A stretch of DNA of 54,990 nucleotides, counting the filler, from Sluysia triapertura (taxonomy: Eukaryota), in assembly GCA_046118255.1 (NCBI GenBank). It is 4 parts of 4 records of this genome, joined end to end, with 100 filler letters (N's around TTAATTAATTAA, not from the genome) between each part and the next. Parts side by side here need not be neighbours in the genome. Positions count along the whole stretch, not along the records: positions 30,870 to 43,292 come from JBJNIA010111201.1; positions 43,393 to 54,990 come from JBJNIA010182991.1; 2 more parts are not named here. One strand, 5' to 3'. Position 1 is the first letter of the stretch, and the number at the start of each line of letters is the position of its first letter. The position numbers were made by a program, and so were the translations under genes. Below the pieces are notes generated by a model. That model did not search any database. It had not been told where the DNA came from and saw only the letters and a program-made list of their open reading frames with translations. Of the stretch, positions 38,811-52,200 are shown piece by piece.

Positions 38811-41800
38811 TTACAAAATTAGTTTGATTAAACAAAAAATGATTTGTTTAAACAACAAATATAAATTTATTTTAAATTAAAATAACTTAAACATTTAATT
38901 TTAATTTAATTGTTTCATTTTTTAAAAAGTTGATTACAATTTAATCTTATTTAATACTATTAGTTTTTCTAATATAATAAAAATAAATATTTTTTAAATA
39001 TAATAATGCCAAATAATAATAAAATAAAGTAATTGTCAATAAATGTTATAAAAAAATTCAGTCGATTTAATTCAGAATTCAGTCGATTGTTATAAAATTC
39101 AGTCGATTTGATTCAGCATTCTCACAATTTTATCTATCTACGTCAACATTTCAATATTAATAATACTGATGAATTTCAACATTGTACTTTAGTTCATATG
39201 TTACTTTCTCATATACAAACATTCTACATAAACTTATTAAATAAAGCAATTAAAATAATTAATAAATGTACCTTCATGTTTTCAAATTTATTATGACATT
39301 TTATTTCAGTAATACTTGTTTTATTCTTATTCTACAAGTTATGGTACTGATATCTGTTCCACCTTTGACTAAACCCAAGAAATTTCCTCAGATTTCATTT
39401 ATTATTAATAACGAAGAGTGAATTATTATAAAACATTCATAAGTAACTTTAATTGTTGGAAACATTTATATTATTGTAAAAATAACTTTAAATAATTTCA
39501 AGAACAATATCATGTATATCAGAATCATAACTCATAAATAGAATAAATTATGAGAAGCATGAAACTTACCTTGTGCTCAAAAAAGAGAAATAAACATAAG
39601 TAACTAAGTTGATGAAGCTGTATTAAATTAAAAAACCTATTACGATAAATGTAATTTAATTTAATAAGTTTGCATGTGATCCAAAACCCACAGAATAGAT
39701 TGCTCATGTGATTTTATAACGTAACAATTTTACGAAGAAATATAGGTATCAATAAATCGTTTAAGTTCTATGTTTAGCAACAAGTGTAACTCTATTGAGC
39801 TTAGTATAGTGAGGTTTGAGAAAAATAATATTTTATTTCTGTATTTAAAATGAGTGTTCAAAAATAGTTAGTTTTTATATGACTGGAATTCTCTTTTTAT
39901 AAGGAGATATTGAAAACAATATTTTAATTCTTACTTAAATTTCTTATAATGCCCTAGATTTTATACCTCTATTTAAAATGAGGTTCGAAAATAGCGCTCT
40001 AGTTTAAGGAATGCAGATTAAAATAAATTATTACTTTTTAAATCGATATTTTTATAAAAAAAATAACACTCAAAATAGATAATAAAAAGAATAATATTTT
40101 ATAAATTTAAAGATTTATTTATTTAATGATTTTATTAAAATGATTTTGTCGAAGTGTTTAAAATGCGTTTACAGAGATTATAGGTAAAAATTTTAAAGAG
40201 CTATTTAAAATGCGCTATACTTAAACAGTTAAAAAACTAAGAAATATAAATTAATAGCTGATAAAGTTCGTGATCATCTTTTACTAACCAATTGTAGTTT
40301 TATTATCGAAAAAAATTTAATAATTTATTATTGAATATCAGTTTTCTTTTCTGATTCATGATTTTAACTTTGTTCTAAATATGTCAAAAAATTATTTGCT
40401 TTTCAAATTTTCTTTTTCGTTAATATCTAATTTATATTTTTGAGCAAAAATTATTTTATGGTCAGTGATTTTTGAATTGTCAAAGTTTTTTTAATTATTA
40501 TTGATGCTTCAATACTCATTGATAGAAATAATTATCATTAATGACCTTAAAAGTCATATGTAGATTAATTATTTAAATTGATTATTTTTATTTATTATTA
40601 TTATTTTATTTTATTTAAAATATTTAAATTATTATTTTAGGTAGTTTTTTTGTATAATCTTTGTTTTTCGTTTTTATCGCTTTACGACAATAACAAAGAA
40701 TGAATAAACAAAAAATAATACAATGCCACACTTTAAATATCTAGCTGTACTTAATATAATTATATAAATTTAGAAGTGATTTTAATGGTAATTTTTAAAT
40801 TACTCTAGAATGAATGTTATGATTATAAGCATGATTTATCACTATTATTTGCTTTATTTATTGTATTTTTATTATCACGATTATTTCATTATTATTTAAC
40901 ATAATGTTATTATCTAACATTTGCAACTGCAAATGGAAAACTTGGTTTACAATTTAAAAGTAATCTGAAAAGAAAAAATTGTATATTATTATTTATTTAA
41001 CAAATTTGTATATATATATATATATATATAATGAGATGTGACTTGTGAGTTCCTTACGATCCTAGGCTTTAACACTTAAGGGCTAGTCCGTAGGTATTAG
41101 CTACAACTTTAATTGACATTTAACTTTGTATATTCTAAACCAGTTTCTGAATTCTTAAGGTTAATTTATAATTGCTTATTTTTAATAATAATTGGTATTT
41201 TGCGTTGTTCCCTGCAATAAATTAATGATTGAACAAAATTCCAACTTAAACTGGAGGTTAGTTTGTTTATGTTGACGGTGAATCATTGTGTGTTTTTAGT
41301 AATATATTTTGCTACCGGTTTTTGAACACGGTTTCTAATAAAATTGCAAATTTAAATTAAAGAGATTTTGCTAAAATTAAAATTAGTTGTTATTGATTTA
41401 ATCAATGATAAATACATTAAATTTAAAAATTTTAACATTATTGAAAAATTATCATTGATTTTAATAAATATAACAATAAATAATAATACTATATACAATT
41501 ATTGAAATTTATTGATTTTATATTTATAGATACATAATTAAAAGTAGACATACATAATTATTGTTTGTTAACTACATTAAAAATTCTATTGTTGACATAT
41601 ATAAATTACAAGCTGCTTTGTGAGAAAATTAACTTACAAAATGAACGTTAATATAGGATTCACCTATAGTATGAGGTTTAAACTCTCCTGAGTGTCGCAC
41701 CTATAAGATTTTGATTGAAATCATTGTAATTAAAGTATCTATTCATTTGTAAACTTTTGTTAGTATTATATATTCTTTATTATAAATTCTTATTATATAT

Positions 41801-43216
41801 TCTTTATTATAAATTGAAACTTTTGAATCAAAAATTTAAGGATTGGTATAAATTTTTACTTTGTTCGTTTATCTGTTTAAAATATCAATATAATTTATAA
41901 TTATTCTTATCAGTAGTTATCGAATAAAGTTTTCTACAATTATTTGTTTAGTTTGCCTTAAATAAATTAATTTTTAACAAATTCTATCAAAATTTTCCAC
42001 TCCAAATATTTATATTTTCTTTATACATTGTAGAATTTATTCTGTGCATAATTATCAAATTCATAATTTAAAATCTATGCTAAATATCTCAATAAGAAAG
42101 TATTAAGAAATAACTTTTATCAATCTAAATGAAACAATACAATAGATTAATAATAATAATAATAATAATAAAATATATAAATATAACCATGTAGAATAAC
42201 AACATAATATTCATGACATTCATAAAATATTTTAGTAACATAAAACCTTAATATGTTTTGAGTATATATTTGATAATAAGTTTATAATGTTAAGTTACAG
42301 ATGAAAATTACCAATTTCTCGTAAGATTTTATTGATAATTTAAAATTAAATTAACTTAAATTAAATTAAAACTTACGAGTTTACAAATAGAAATTTATCC
42401 AGTAATAAGTCCGGATCAATGAAGAAATTTCCGAACATATATTACAATTTGAGTAAGAAAAATATTCGTTTAACTTAAACCGTTGAAAATGCCGCAATAT
42501 TCGCATAGGTTTTACAAAAGTCAATCCGTCAGTTTTGTTCGCTTACCTTAGATAATATTTTGTTGTGATATCACAAACGAAAATATACATACAAAAATAT
42601 ATATTAAATGCGCCTGAGTTATTTGTTTAATTTCTGTTACCAAACTTTATTATTCTTTTACTATTTTTATTTCTTTTATAAAATTTTAATACTATTGCTT
42701 TTATTGATATTATTTTTATTTTTATTATTATTTTCTAACACGAATAAAACAAACGTGAAAAAAATGCAAGTAACAAAAGTAATTATGACGGTTTCTAAAA
42801 ATATAATAACATGTAAAAAGTTTAAATAAATAGCAAATTCAATTTATCGTAAAATATCATAAAAGAAAACTTAATTGAGTCTACCTTGATTTTATGCTTA
42901 ATTAAATGAGCAAAATCATAAATTAATAAATTAACAACATTTTATTGGTAGATGAATTTGTCACCTAAGTGAATGTCCTTCTTGACAAGTATTCGATTTC
43001 CAATGAATCTGTCGCTTTGAAATGTATAATAATTGTTACGAAAGTTTAATCTAAGTTTCTCCCAAAAATTTATGCTAAACAATTAATGTCGTGTTTCTAA
43101 TTGACTTGATTTTATAATTTCTCTATCTTTTATTATATGAAATTCGTTTCCACAAAACTGGATGAAAAAAATTTATCAATATAGTCTGTACCTATGTTAT
43201 TAGTGTTTAAATATCA

Positions 43217-43218
<2 letters not shown>

Positions 43219-43292
<74 letters not shown>
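43219..43292. repeat. (TAT)n microsatellite at a contig end
   Basis: Directly visible. Confidence 0.95.
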
Positions 43293-43455
43293 NNNNNNNN
43301 NNNNNNNNNNNNNNNNNNNNNNNNNNNNNNNNNNNNTTAATTAATTAANNNNNNNNNNNNNNNNNNNNNNNNNNNNNNNNNNNNNNNNNNNNTTTAGTAA
43401 GACCCAATCAGAGCATAACTAACTAAATTACTAAATACAAATATCAACGCTCTGA

Positions 43456-45330
43456 TTGGGCAAACAAAATATAACATTGAAATCTAAAAATAGATTTGAC
43501 CAAATTAAAAAATTTTATGATAATTGTAACAATGTTAGCAGTCTTAACTTTTTAGCAGTTCAGCAGTTTTATAATTTGAACAATTTTATCAGTTACAGCA
43601 ATATTTATAATTCAATGTCGAAACTAAGATTTCAGTTACCATTCAATTTTCTCACTAATTACAGTTCAAAGAATCTTAATATTAGTCTGTTATATGAAGA
43701 ATTTAATAATGCAAAACAGTTACGGTTTATGAATTCAGTGTCAATAGACTTACAAAAAGTTATTAACGATATGTTTAGTAAATCAGTTCTGAGCATTGGA
43801 AGCAGTATACATCTCGTTAATCAAGTATTAGTAACATATTACGTAAATAGTTCACTAAAAGATCCTTTTCAACTCGATAGTCTCCACGTGCACGAAAAAC
43901 TATCATTATTTAATTATCAAACAAAACGTACATTTGAAATTATAGTTTGTGTCACAAATGAAAATCATACCAATATATGTCCTTATCGATCGGATAAAAT
44001 AGTTCGTGTTTCTGCAGATTCCGAGAATGTTTTCAATCAAAAACCCCATTATCCATCTGTAAAATTTCTAACCATATTACTTACTGTGTCGACACAAGAA
44101 AAGAATTACTCGATTTATCCCGAAGCTAAATTGTTTTGCCAAAATTACAACCGATGTATGTCAATTCTCAAACGAAGTATAATAATCCAAAACGACAAAG
44201 TTAGAAAGGTCATAACATTCATCACCAAGATGAACCTATTTAGTAAAATATACATTCTAACAAGTGAAGTAAACGTACAATTCATAACGGATGTCGCACC
44301 TTTAAACAGGTCAACCATCAGAAGATTCCTGAAACGATGTCTAAATGCATATTCACTCTACCACCAGCCAACATCAAGATCAATTCGACTACAATTGTGT
44401 TTTAGTAAAACTGGATACTACAAATCTTTTGTATATGACATAATTAGAAATATTAGTTCGAAGATTTCGGAATATGCTCAAATGAAAGTACTATATTCAA
44501 ACATTGTAAAGTTCACGCTCGACGTATCTCTATTTAATATCTTCGGAAGGAATACCGACGAATACGAAAGATGTATTAAAGTCGCTACATTGTGTAAGTT
44601 TTATCAACATTTTTTAACAGTCTATTTATTCTTAATTAAGTCTTATATAAATAATGAATTTAGATATGTATATTTCGTTTGTTTTTTTAGATCAAACAAA
44701 ACTTGGATTCATAGAAGGTGGGGAGCAAGATGTGAAATTTTCAGTGGAATCTACAACTCAATTATAGTTCTATTTAATAATATAAATATTTGCCTATTTT
44801 CGTCATTTGAATTTTATTGTAATATTATAGATCTAATAAATAAAACTGTCTTTAAAATTCAAAACAATGTTATAAATACTAAAATTTTGAAGCCTCGTAA
44901 TTTAGCTAAACTGATACGTAAAAGTTATTATATTGATAGCTTTAGTTATTATTATAAATCAGAGAAAAACTTAACCTCCGCATCTCGTAATACTATAGTT
45001 AACAAAACTCGTGAGTTCAATTCCTATGAATTGAGACTTTTATGTACACATTCCACTTCTAAACCTTTGATACGTATTTACTTAATTAGTAAAACTATAA
45101 ATACACCTTCAACTCTAGTCTGTGTTCTCTATACAGATTCATATTACGATCTTTTATCTCATAAAATTCATCGTTTAACGCCCTTTCTGTCACAAGCAGA
45201 TTGTAGGACAGAATCATTACTTGTGTTAAGTCTAGTTTTAAGTCAAATTCCATACCACTCGGAAAATTTAGACAAAATCCAACACATCACTGACTTCGAA
45301 AAATATAAAAACCCGAATGAAGTATATTGA
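43456..45330 (+). CDS. Long ORF (624 aa) of unknown function; 5' end probably in the gap
   Basis: A 1.9 kb stop-free frame in very AT-rich DNA is unlikely by chance; no motif recognised. Confidence 0.65.
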   Translation: MGKQNITLKSKNRFDQIKKFYDNCNNVSSLNFLAVQQFYNLNNFISYSNIYNSMSKLRFQLPFNFLTNYSSKNLNISLLYEEFNNAKQLRFMNSVSIDLQKVINDMFSKSVLSIGSSIHLVNQVLVTYYVNSSLKDPFQLDSLHVHEKLSLFNYQTKRTFEIIVCVTNENHTNICPYRSDKIVRVSADSENVFNQKPHYPSVKFLTILLTVSTQEKNYSIYPEAKLFCQNYNRCMSILKRSIIIQNDKVRKVITFITKMNLFSKIYILTSEVNVQFITDVAPLNRSTIRRFLKRCLNAYSLYHQPTSRSIRLQLCFSKTGYYKSFVYDIIRNISSKISEYAQMKVLYSNIVKFTLDVSLFNIFGRNTDEYERCIKVATLCKFYQHFLTVYLFLIKSYINNEFRYVYFVCFFRSNKTWIHRRWGARCEIFSGIYNSIIVLFNNINICLFSSFEFYCNIIDLINKTVFKIQNNVINTKILKPRNLAKLIRKSYYIDSFSYYYKSEKNLTSASRNTIVNKTREFNSYELRLLCTHSTSKPLIRIYLISKTINTPSTLVCVLYTDSYYDLLSHKIHRLTPFLSQADCRTESLLVLSLVLSQIPYHSENLDKIQHITDFEKYKNPNEVY

Positions 45331-46619
45331 AGCGACAAAACTAGTAAATTATACATCCATAATCATAGTTTAGAACTTCAATAATTTTAAGTACGGAGTA
45401 GACGTGATACAAACAAATCTAAAATATTCTATCATACTACATACAAAATAGATACTTCATTTCATAGAGAGACTCTTATGATACTTAGATTAGATATGAA
45501 ACATTTAAAAGATGTCATAGTAATGAATATTATTCAGACTACACATATAGTGTTGATGACAAAGATAAAATATATTATTTATGCTGTGTTACGAAGAAGA
45601 TAAAGTATATTGTAAAAATTATATATTCTATGTTACGAGTGGTTATGGGAAAGATAAATCATGCTGTAAAAATTATTTAAGCTGTGTTACAAATGATCAC
45701 GAAGAAAAATCATGTTGCATAAATTATTATATTGAAAATGTGGATCTTTGATCAGGTCAAAATTATGATTCGAATTTAATGAATAAATATTTAAATTCAA
45801 CATAAATTTACATATTATTTACATGTTAATGAGATATTGTTAATATAAAAATATCATGATAAAATTTCTATTCATGTTTTTCTTAGTCATCACATTTTGC
45901 CATTACTATAATTTATTATTGTTTGTATAATTCTGTGCATTCGTTTTTTAATTTCTGTTTCCTGTACACTTCATTTTCTTTGAATATAAGATGTATTTAT
46001 AATAAGAAGTATTGTATATATATCAAAAGAAGCATTTAGGAAGTTTTCATCTTTTCTTTTAAAGCTACAGATATTACTAAGATATTTTAGTTTTATTTTA
46101 TTATGATTATTTTACATTATTTTCAAAATTTCCTAAAAGTAAACATGACGAAGGAAATATTAATACTTCTTGTATTGTAGATTCAACAAGTTCCACAACT
46201 ATTAGATTCATTTTTCAATTATTATTATAATTAGTATCTATAAAAATTGAAATTTCTATTAAAATTAATTTTATTCAATAAAATAAATTTAACTATAAAT
46301 TTCTAACATAAATTAATGTATAATTAATGTATAATTACAGAAAGTTATGGAAACATATATATGGAAACATTTTTATTTCTATTATATTTTATAATAATGG
46401 TATACCACTGCATTATAAATAATTCTAAAGTATTAAAATATATAAAATATTTCATCCATTTTCTGCTTCTCTTTTATTTTTTAATGATAGTATAATACGG
46501 CGTTGTAAATAATTCAAAAGTATTAAAATGTATAAAATGTGCATAGGATGCTAATGTAAGTTATCATGTAAATTAATACAATGTTGATTTTTATAATAAA
46601 CATAATAATAATTCTATTA

Positions 46620-47121
46620 GAAGTATCGATTACAGAAGCTTGTCCGAGTCCATATACTTTATTGAATAATGTTTGCTATTTGATAATTAATCAAAAAGTT
46701 TCATATTGTGAAGCTGAAAGACTTTGTGCTGAAAATAAAGGTTCTTTGGTATGTCCAGATCAATTCAATAAACTTGGATTTACAAATTCGTATTGGACTG
46801 GTGTAAATGATTTAATGTTTGAAAGATATAATAATAGAGCAAACTGGATGTGTGTGAATGGTTCAATTACAAATGCAATAAATAATTGGTATTTTGCTGA
46901 TCCTAATAATAACTATAATGTGGAACATTGTGCACAAATTGACAAGAACGAGTTGTATGACATACCTTGTGATAGATTACTTCTACCTTTGTGTTACTAT
47001 GTAGGATCAGAACCTTACTCTCTACAGCTGGTTCAAAGTTCTATTAATGGTTATTATGGAGGATCATACAACAACTGTTTCGAAGAATTTTGGACAAATT
47101 CACATTTTGAATGTGCACTGA
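46620..47121 (+). CDS. C-type lectin domain protein exon (possibly followed by the start of a PAN/apple-like domain)
   Basis: CPSPYTLLNNVCY...SYCEAERLCAENKGSLV...YWTGVND...NWYFADPNN...EHCAQI...LYDIPCDRLLLPLC is the canonical long-form CTLD cysteine/tryptophan pattern; acceptor ttctattag at 46620. Confidence 0.9.
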
Positions 47122-48249
47122 AGTTTGATTTTAGTATTTATAAATAATTTTATTAATAATATTAAAAATAACATTTAGAAGTAATATGAAAGACTATATA
47201 GATATTATTTGAGTAAAATTTTCAAAAATAATTAATTAAATTGTAATCATGTCGTATATATCCATGTTTGTAACTGTATTCTAATTTGACTATAATACAT
47301 GTTTAAAGATAAAAAATGGTACGATATGGAGCGGAAAATATGAAAATCTGTTGGGGCTGAATCGGCCGAATAGAGAGCTCGGGAAGAACTTCCAAGCCAC
47401 GCTCTTCATTAGCCAACATTCTAATAATTTGTTAAATTCATTTTAGAATTTTTTGCATGTTTTTACTCTTGATCAGTATGCGTTTTTCATAAATGTAAAA
47501 AAAGCGTGAACTTATGCACTTAATTTTCGGAATTTTTCAATCTTTCATGTGACTTGATAAATATATTCTTCGACATATTGATAGTTTTGTAGAGTGACTT
47601 TTATTAGTTTGACAGGTTCGAAACATGCATCATAACGAAAGCCATAAGTTTCTTATGCGGATCCAATTTGGATTTTACGACATCTAAATCTTTAAAAGTT
47701 ATTTTTCGACTTACTTTCAGATTGAGATTCTTATTTCAATGTGAAATTTGATTCATTAATGAATAAGTACAAAATTGGTGTTGATAAATAACAAAAGAAT
47801 TACATTAGGTTAAAACAATTTAAAATTGATCTTCGATAATTATGAATTTTCAAACTAAATTAATTAAACGTTGTCTTCGAAAATTAGAAACACTTATCTT
47901 AAAACGATACGAATGTTGTGAATGTTTAATGATTTGAATCTTTTTAAGTTGAGATTAGAATTAAAATTTAGTATATATTTTTATTACTTTATAAATTATA
48001 GTATCTAGCTTTATTAAAACTTTTTGTTTCAAAATTTCTAGATCTAAATAAGTTATTATATTTTCTTTACACAAAAAAGGAAAAAAACTGCACAAAATTT
48101 TATTTATTAAAATTTTAATTTAAAATCTTGGCTCCTACGTATGACTTTCCTTTTATCTGTTTCACCTACTAAAAAAATAAGACTCGATAACACTAATAAT
48201 GTAAATATAAAAATTGTTTACCTTACCTTTATTAATCATTGAACTCTTA

Positions 48250-48835
48250 TCAGTCGACGTGGTCGAGGTAATTCCGATACTCTTGAGTAATTCTGCAATT
48301 CTGTGTATGATGGTTATAATTTGCTTCATCTTCTTTATTTAACTTTAATTCGTAAATAAAATGTACGTAGTGACAGCATATTCCAGGCATTAGACATATT
48401 TCATCGGGAGAGAAAGGACAAAAAGTAGTCACATTAGCATTTTTATAATCGTTGAATTCATAATGCTTATCTTTATCATCGATAAGTTTAAAATCATTAA
48501 TTTTATAATCATTAAGTAAGTAAAGATTATTATTATCGGCGTTAAATTCGTAAACCTTAATTTTATAATCATTAAATTCGTAAGCATTATTTTTATTGTT
48601 GTTAAATTCATTCAAATCAATTTTATAATCATTAAGTTCATAGTAGTTATCGTTATGATTGTGAATTTGGTAAGCATGAATAGCATCATCTTTATCATTG
48701 TTAACTTCACCATCATCATCTTTGTCATGATTAGCTTGATAATCTTCATCTTTAATATTGTTAACTTCGTTATCATCATCTTCAGCATTGTTAATTTGAA
48801 TATTATCGTCTTTATTATTGTTAGTTTCGTTATCT
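48250..48835 (-). CDS. Asp/Asn-rich tandem-repeat coding segment with a Cys-containing C-terminus
   Basis: The frame of ORF 48250-48615 extends upstream as DNETNNNKDDNIQINNAEDDDNEVNNIKDED... (30 bp units), then YEFNDYK-type repeats and CPFSPDEICLMPGICCHY. Confidence 0.5.
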
Positions 48836-48994
48836 TAATCTTGTGATAATAGTGTTTACAATAGTTAGATTTAACAGAAAACATGCTTTATTTTTCTTGG
48901 ATTTACCACCTCAATTATTCATAAAATATAAAATTTTTAACCATTAATTTTTTAGCATAAATCGTAATTGAGTTTATAAAAATCTTTTAGATAC

Positions 48995-49154
48995 TGTTGT
49001 TGGGATAAAAGGGCCTAAGGTGCCTTTTAGTAAAATTTACTATAATAAAATAAAATCGTTAGACGGGGCTGATAGCTCAGTGGTATAGCAATCGAACTGC
49101 GCAGCTATGTTCCCGGGTTCGATCCCCGGTCAGTCCATTTTACGAAGTCTAACA
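48995..49154 (+). repeat. Most intact tRNA-containing repeat copy (tRNA-Ala-like pseudogene at 49066-49137)
   Basis: Acceptor stem GGGCTGA/TCAGTCC-A, A box TAGCTCAGTGG, B box GGTTCGATCC, TTTT terminator; anticodon arm poorly paired; bounded by GTTAGAC...GTCTAAC. Confidence 0.85.
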
Positions 49155-49209
49155 CTGTGATTAGTAATGTCAAATAACTTTTAATTATTTTTCTAGTGTT
49201 TGAGTATTG

Positions 49210-49272
49210 ATTGGTTGTCCAATCAGGAATATATAAAAATAATGAAAAAATCATTCTGATTGGACAACCAAT
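49210..49272. repeat. Short inverted repeat (17 bp arms)
   Basis: ATTGGTTGTCCAATCAG ... CTGATTGGACAACCAAT. Confidence 0.85.
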
Positions 49273-52200
49273 AATAATGTTTGTTGTAAAATAATTGAGA
49301 GATGAGGTGCCATCAATGTTGACGTGAATTTATATACAGTGATAAGTGATGTCAACATTGAATTACTGATTTATATAAAATTTTGTAATTTAAAATTAAA
49401 AATAATACAAATAAATTGATAACAATAATAACAACAGCAATGTTATTATTATTATTGTCATTATTACATAAATTCTTTATTCTGAATATTCACACGATCT
49501 TTCTTTCCTATTCTTTATTTTCTGGACATATTTGAAAGCTAGAGTTAAAAATGATTGAATTAAGACTGATAACAATAAAAACAAGAACGACATTGTTATC
49601 GTTACTGTTGTTATTAAAATGCATAAAATCCTTGTTTCTTAGTTTAACATGACCTTACTTTTATATGTTTAATTTCTTACATATTTGATACTATTTAATG
49701 TTTCTTACTGAAGATGTATTAAAGTGTAAAAGGTTAAGGATAGTATAAATGTTAAAATGGGTGATAAATGTGCATTGGTGTTTTGAAAGAAGGTCATGTT
49801 TGGTTGTCAGGATTTAATGATACAAGATCGTGAATTTATAATGTTTGAGATGGTTTGAAGATGGCTGTTGTGATTATGCTTGAATTGTTAAGAAATGAAA
49901 AATAAGATATTTTCAATGAATTTTTTAATGTTATTTAATGGTTTAGAATATTATGAGGTTGTGGGTTTAATTGATTTTAACGGATGAAGATGTTTTTAAC
50001 GGATGTAAAAGAGATAAATATGGGAGTGTTCAAATGTTTATAAGTAGAGTTTTATGTACGATGTGTTGATTTAGTTTATTATTGTTTTATGTTGATTTGT
50101 GAATGTAAAAGGTAGGTTTTGAAGGTGAGTGTTATATTGAAAAGGACTTATGTAAAAGGGATGTTTTTAGTGAGTGTTTTGAGAATATGTTATTAGGGAA
50201 ATAGGTTGGCCACAACAACGAATATTCCAATTTTTTAACATCTTAACGTAAATAAATAGACGAAAATAGTTTTATGCTTTATAAAAATTAAAATCATATA
50301 TAATTTTAGAATAAATATTGTTTTAGTAAAAAAATTAAGATGAAATTGAAGAAATTAAAATAAAATTTGAATATTTAATTTATTGCAGTGTTAACAATGC
50401 ATGGTGATGAGAATGAAAATCGATCAGTTTCAGATGAATTAATAATTTCGAAGACCAAAATAGTCCGAAAATATTTTATATATCTACATCAGATTTTCGA
50501 AAAAATCAAAGAATACCTTTGAGTTCCAAAAACCTAAATGGGGTTTTGAGACATTGCGAAAGTTTGAGATGGGTTTAGAAAACATTTAGAAGCATGTGAA
50601 CCTTGAGATCACCTGAAAATTAATTTTGATAAAATGTTTGAGGATTATTTAACCGCCTGATTTTTAGTTTATAATAATAAAATTATAAATCAATTAATTG
50701 TAAATTTTTATATAGAGGTTGTTGTTAGCTGCTTCACCATTTGTTTTTTGATTAACTTAATTTGTTAATATTATCATAAATTTATTGCTAATTACCGTTG
50801 AGTATTATCTTTAGCTTTTGAGTACTTACTTTGTATTACATACCAGCGCAGTATGTATTAATATTAATACTATTATTAAGGAAGAGATTGATAGCAATAG
50901 TTTGTATTAGATTTTAAATTTAAATTAATTAGAAAATGTATTTCATCGTTATCTGGATTAAATTAATTATTGAGTAAAAACGACGCAACGAATAAATAAT
51001 AAATGATACTTCTATTAATTTATTTCAAATAACTCATAGAAATAAGTTAAATTAAATGATTTTCAATGAATTACAAATTATTGCCAGCACTGTTAATTTT
51101 ATATTTAGTTAAAGTTTATTTCAATTCAGATGTTTGGCTCTAGGTCGATGTAAATCGATTTACTTCAGTAATAATTTGAAATTGTGTATTCTCAACCGTT
51201 ATGTTGGCTCTCGGTTATCACAAACTTTATTTCAACGTACCACAGATTGGATATGGTACAAAGTGATATTTTAATTCAACTCACTTTATTAGTGACTCTT
51301 TCTTAGACGTTTTACGTACCTTCACCTTGATATTATATATTTAAAACACATTGCACTATTTATTGTTGTAATTAAATTTTAGATGTTTAAATTATGATTT
51401 AATTTTGTGACATAAACTTATTTTAAAATACATTAGATGAATATGTTAATTAAGTATTCGACTTACAATGAATGAAATATCGAAGGCTCGACATTTTGTA
51501 TTTAGCTTGGGTTGTGAAGTAATATAAAATTGTAATATAAAATAATTTTAATATGAAATTGATTGTAAACAAAAACGTATATAGTAAGTATGGTTATAGA
51601 GGAGATCCTATTATGTATAATTCTTGAAAAATAATTCATTTAAACACATATTTCTTCGAGAATATTTTGTGTCTCTAAATGATTTGTGACACGACACTAT
51701 ATTTAGCACAAACCAATACTTAAAGCATGTCTTATTTAAATCATTTAATAAATCATAACTACTAAAAATAAAATTACTGGTCAAATGAATTTTAAATATG
51801 TTTGACGGAACAATAAATTGACAAGAGATCATGATAAAATAAAATTCAGTATCGTCATTGACCATTTGCAGAGGTGCGGCCAGGAGATTGAATTTTAATT
51901 ATTGCATCTGCAATAAAGTACTGAGCAATCAGTTTCTCCTATCAAGAATACTGTTAGATGTGTTGTGTGTTTAAATAATTTCATTTATGTAGTGAACTAA
52001 AGATCAACTCATCACCATCGCAAAGAAACTTCAACACATAAACAAATTATTAAACCATCTATTCATAAGAGTTTCATAATCATTCAAATTTTGTTTGATA
52101 TTATCGTCGTTATATTACTATATTATTATTCTTATTTCGTACATATCATAGTTGTTGCTATTGCTTTTATTTTCCATATATATTGTACCTCATTGCATAT

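Noticed and set aside
48429-48884. Ile/Met/Lys-rich ORFs in alternative frames
   Set aside because: By-products of the tandem repeat.
49066-49137. Functional tRNA gene
   Set aside because: The anticodon arm does not pair properly, and the sequence is one of several degenerate copies with shared flanks; treated as repeat-derived.
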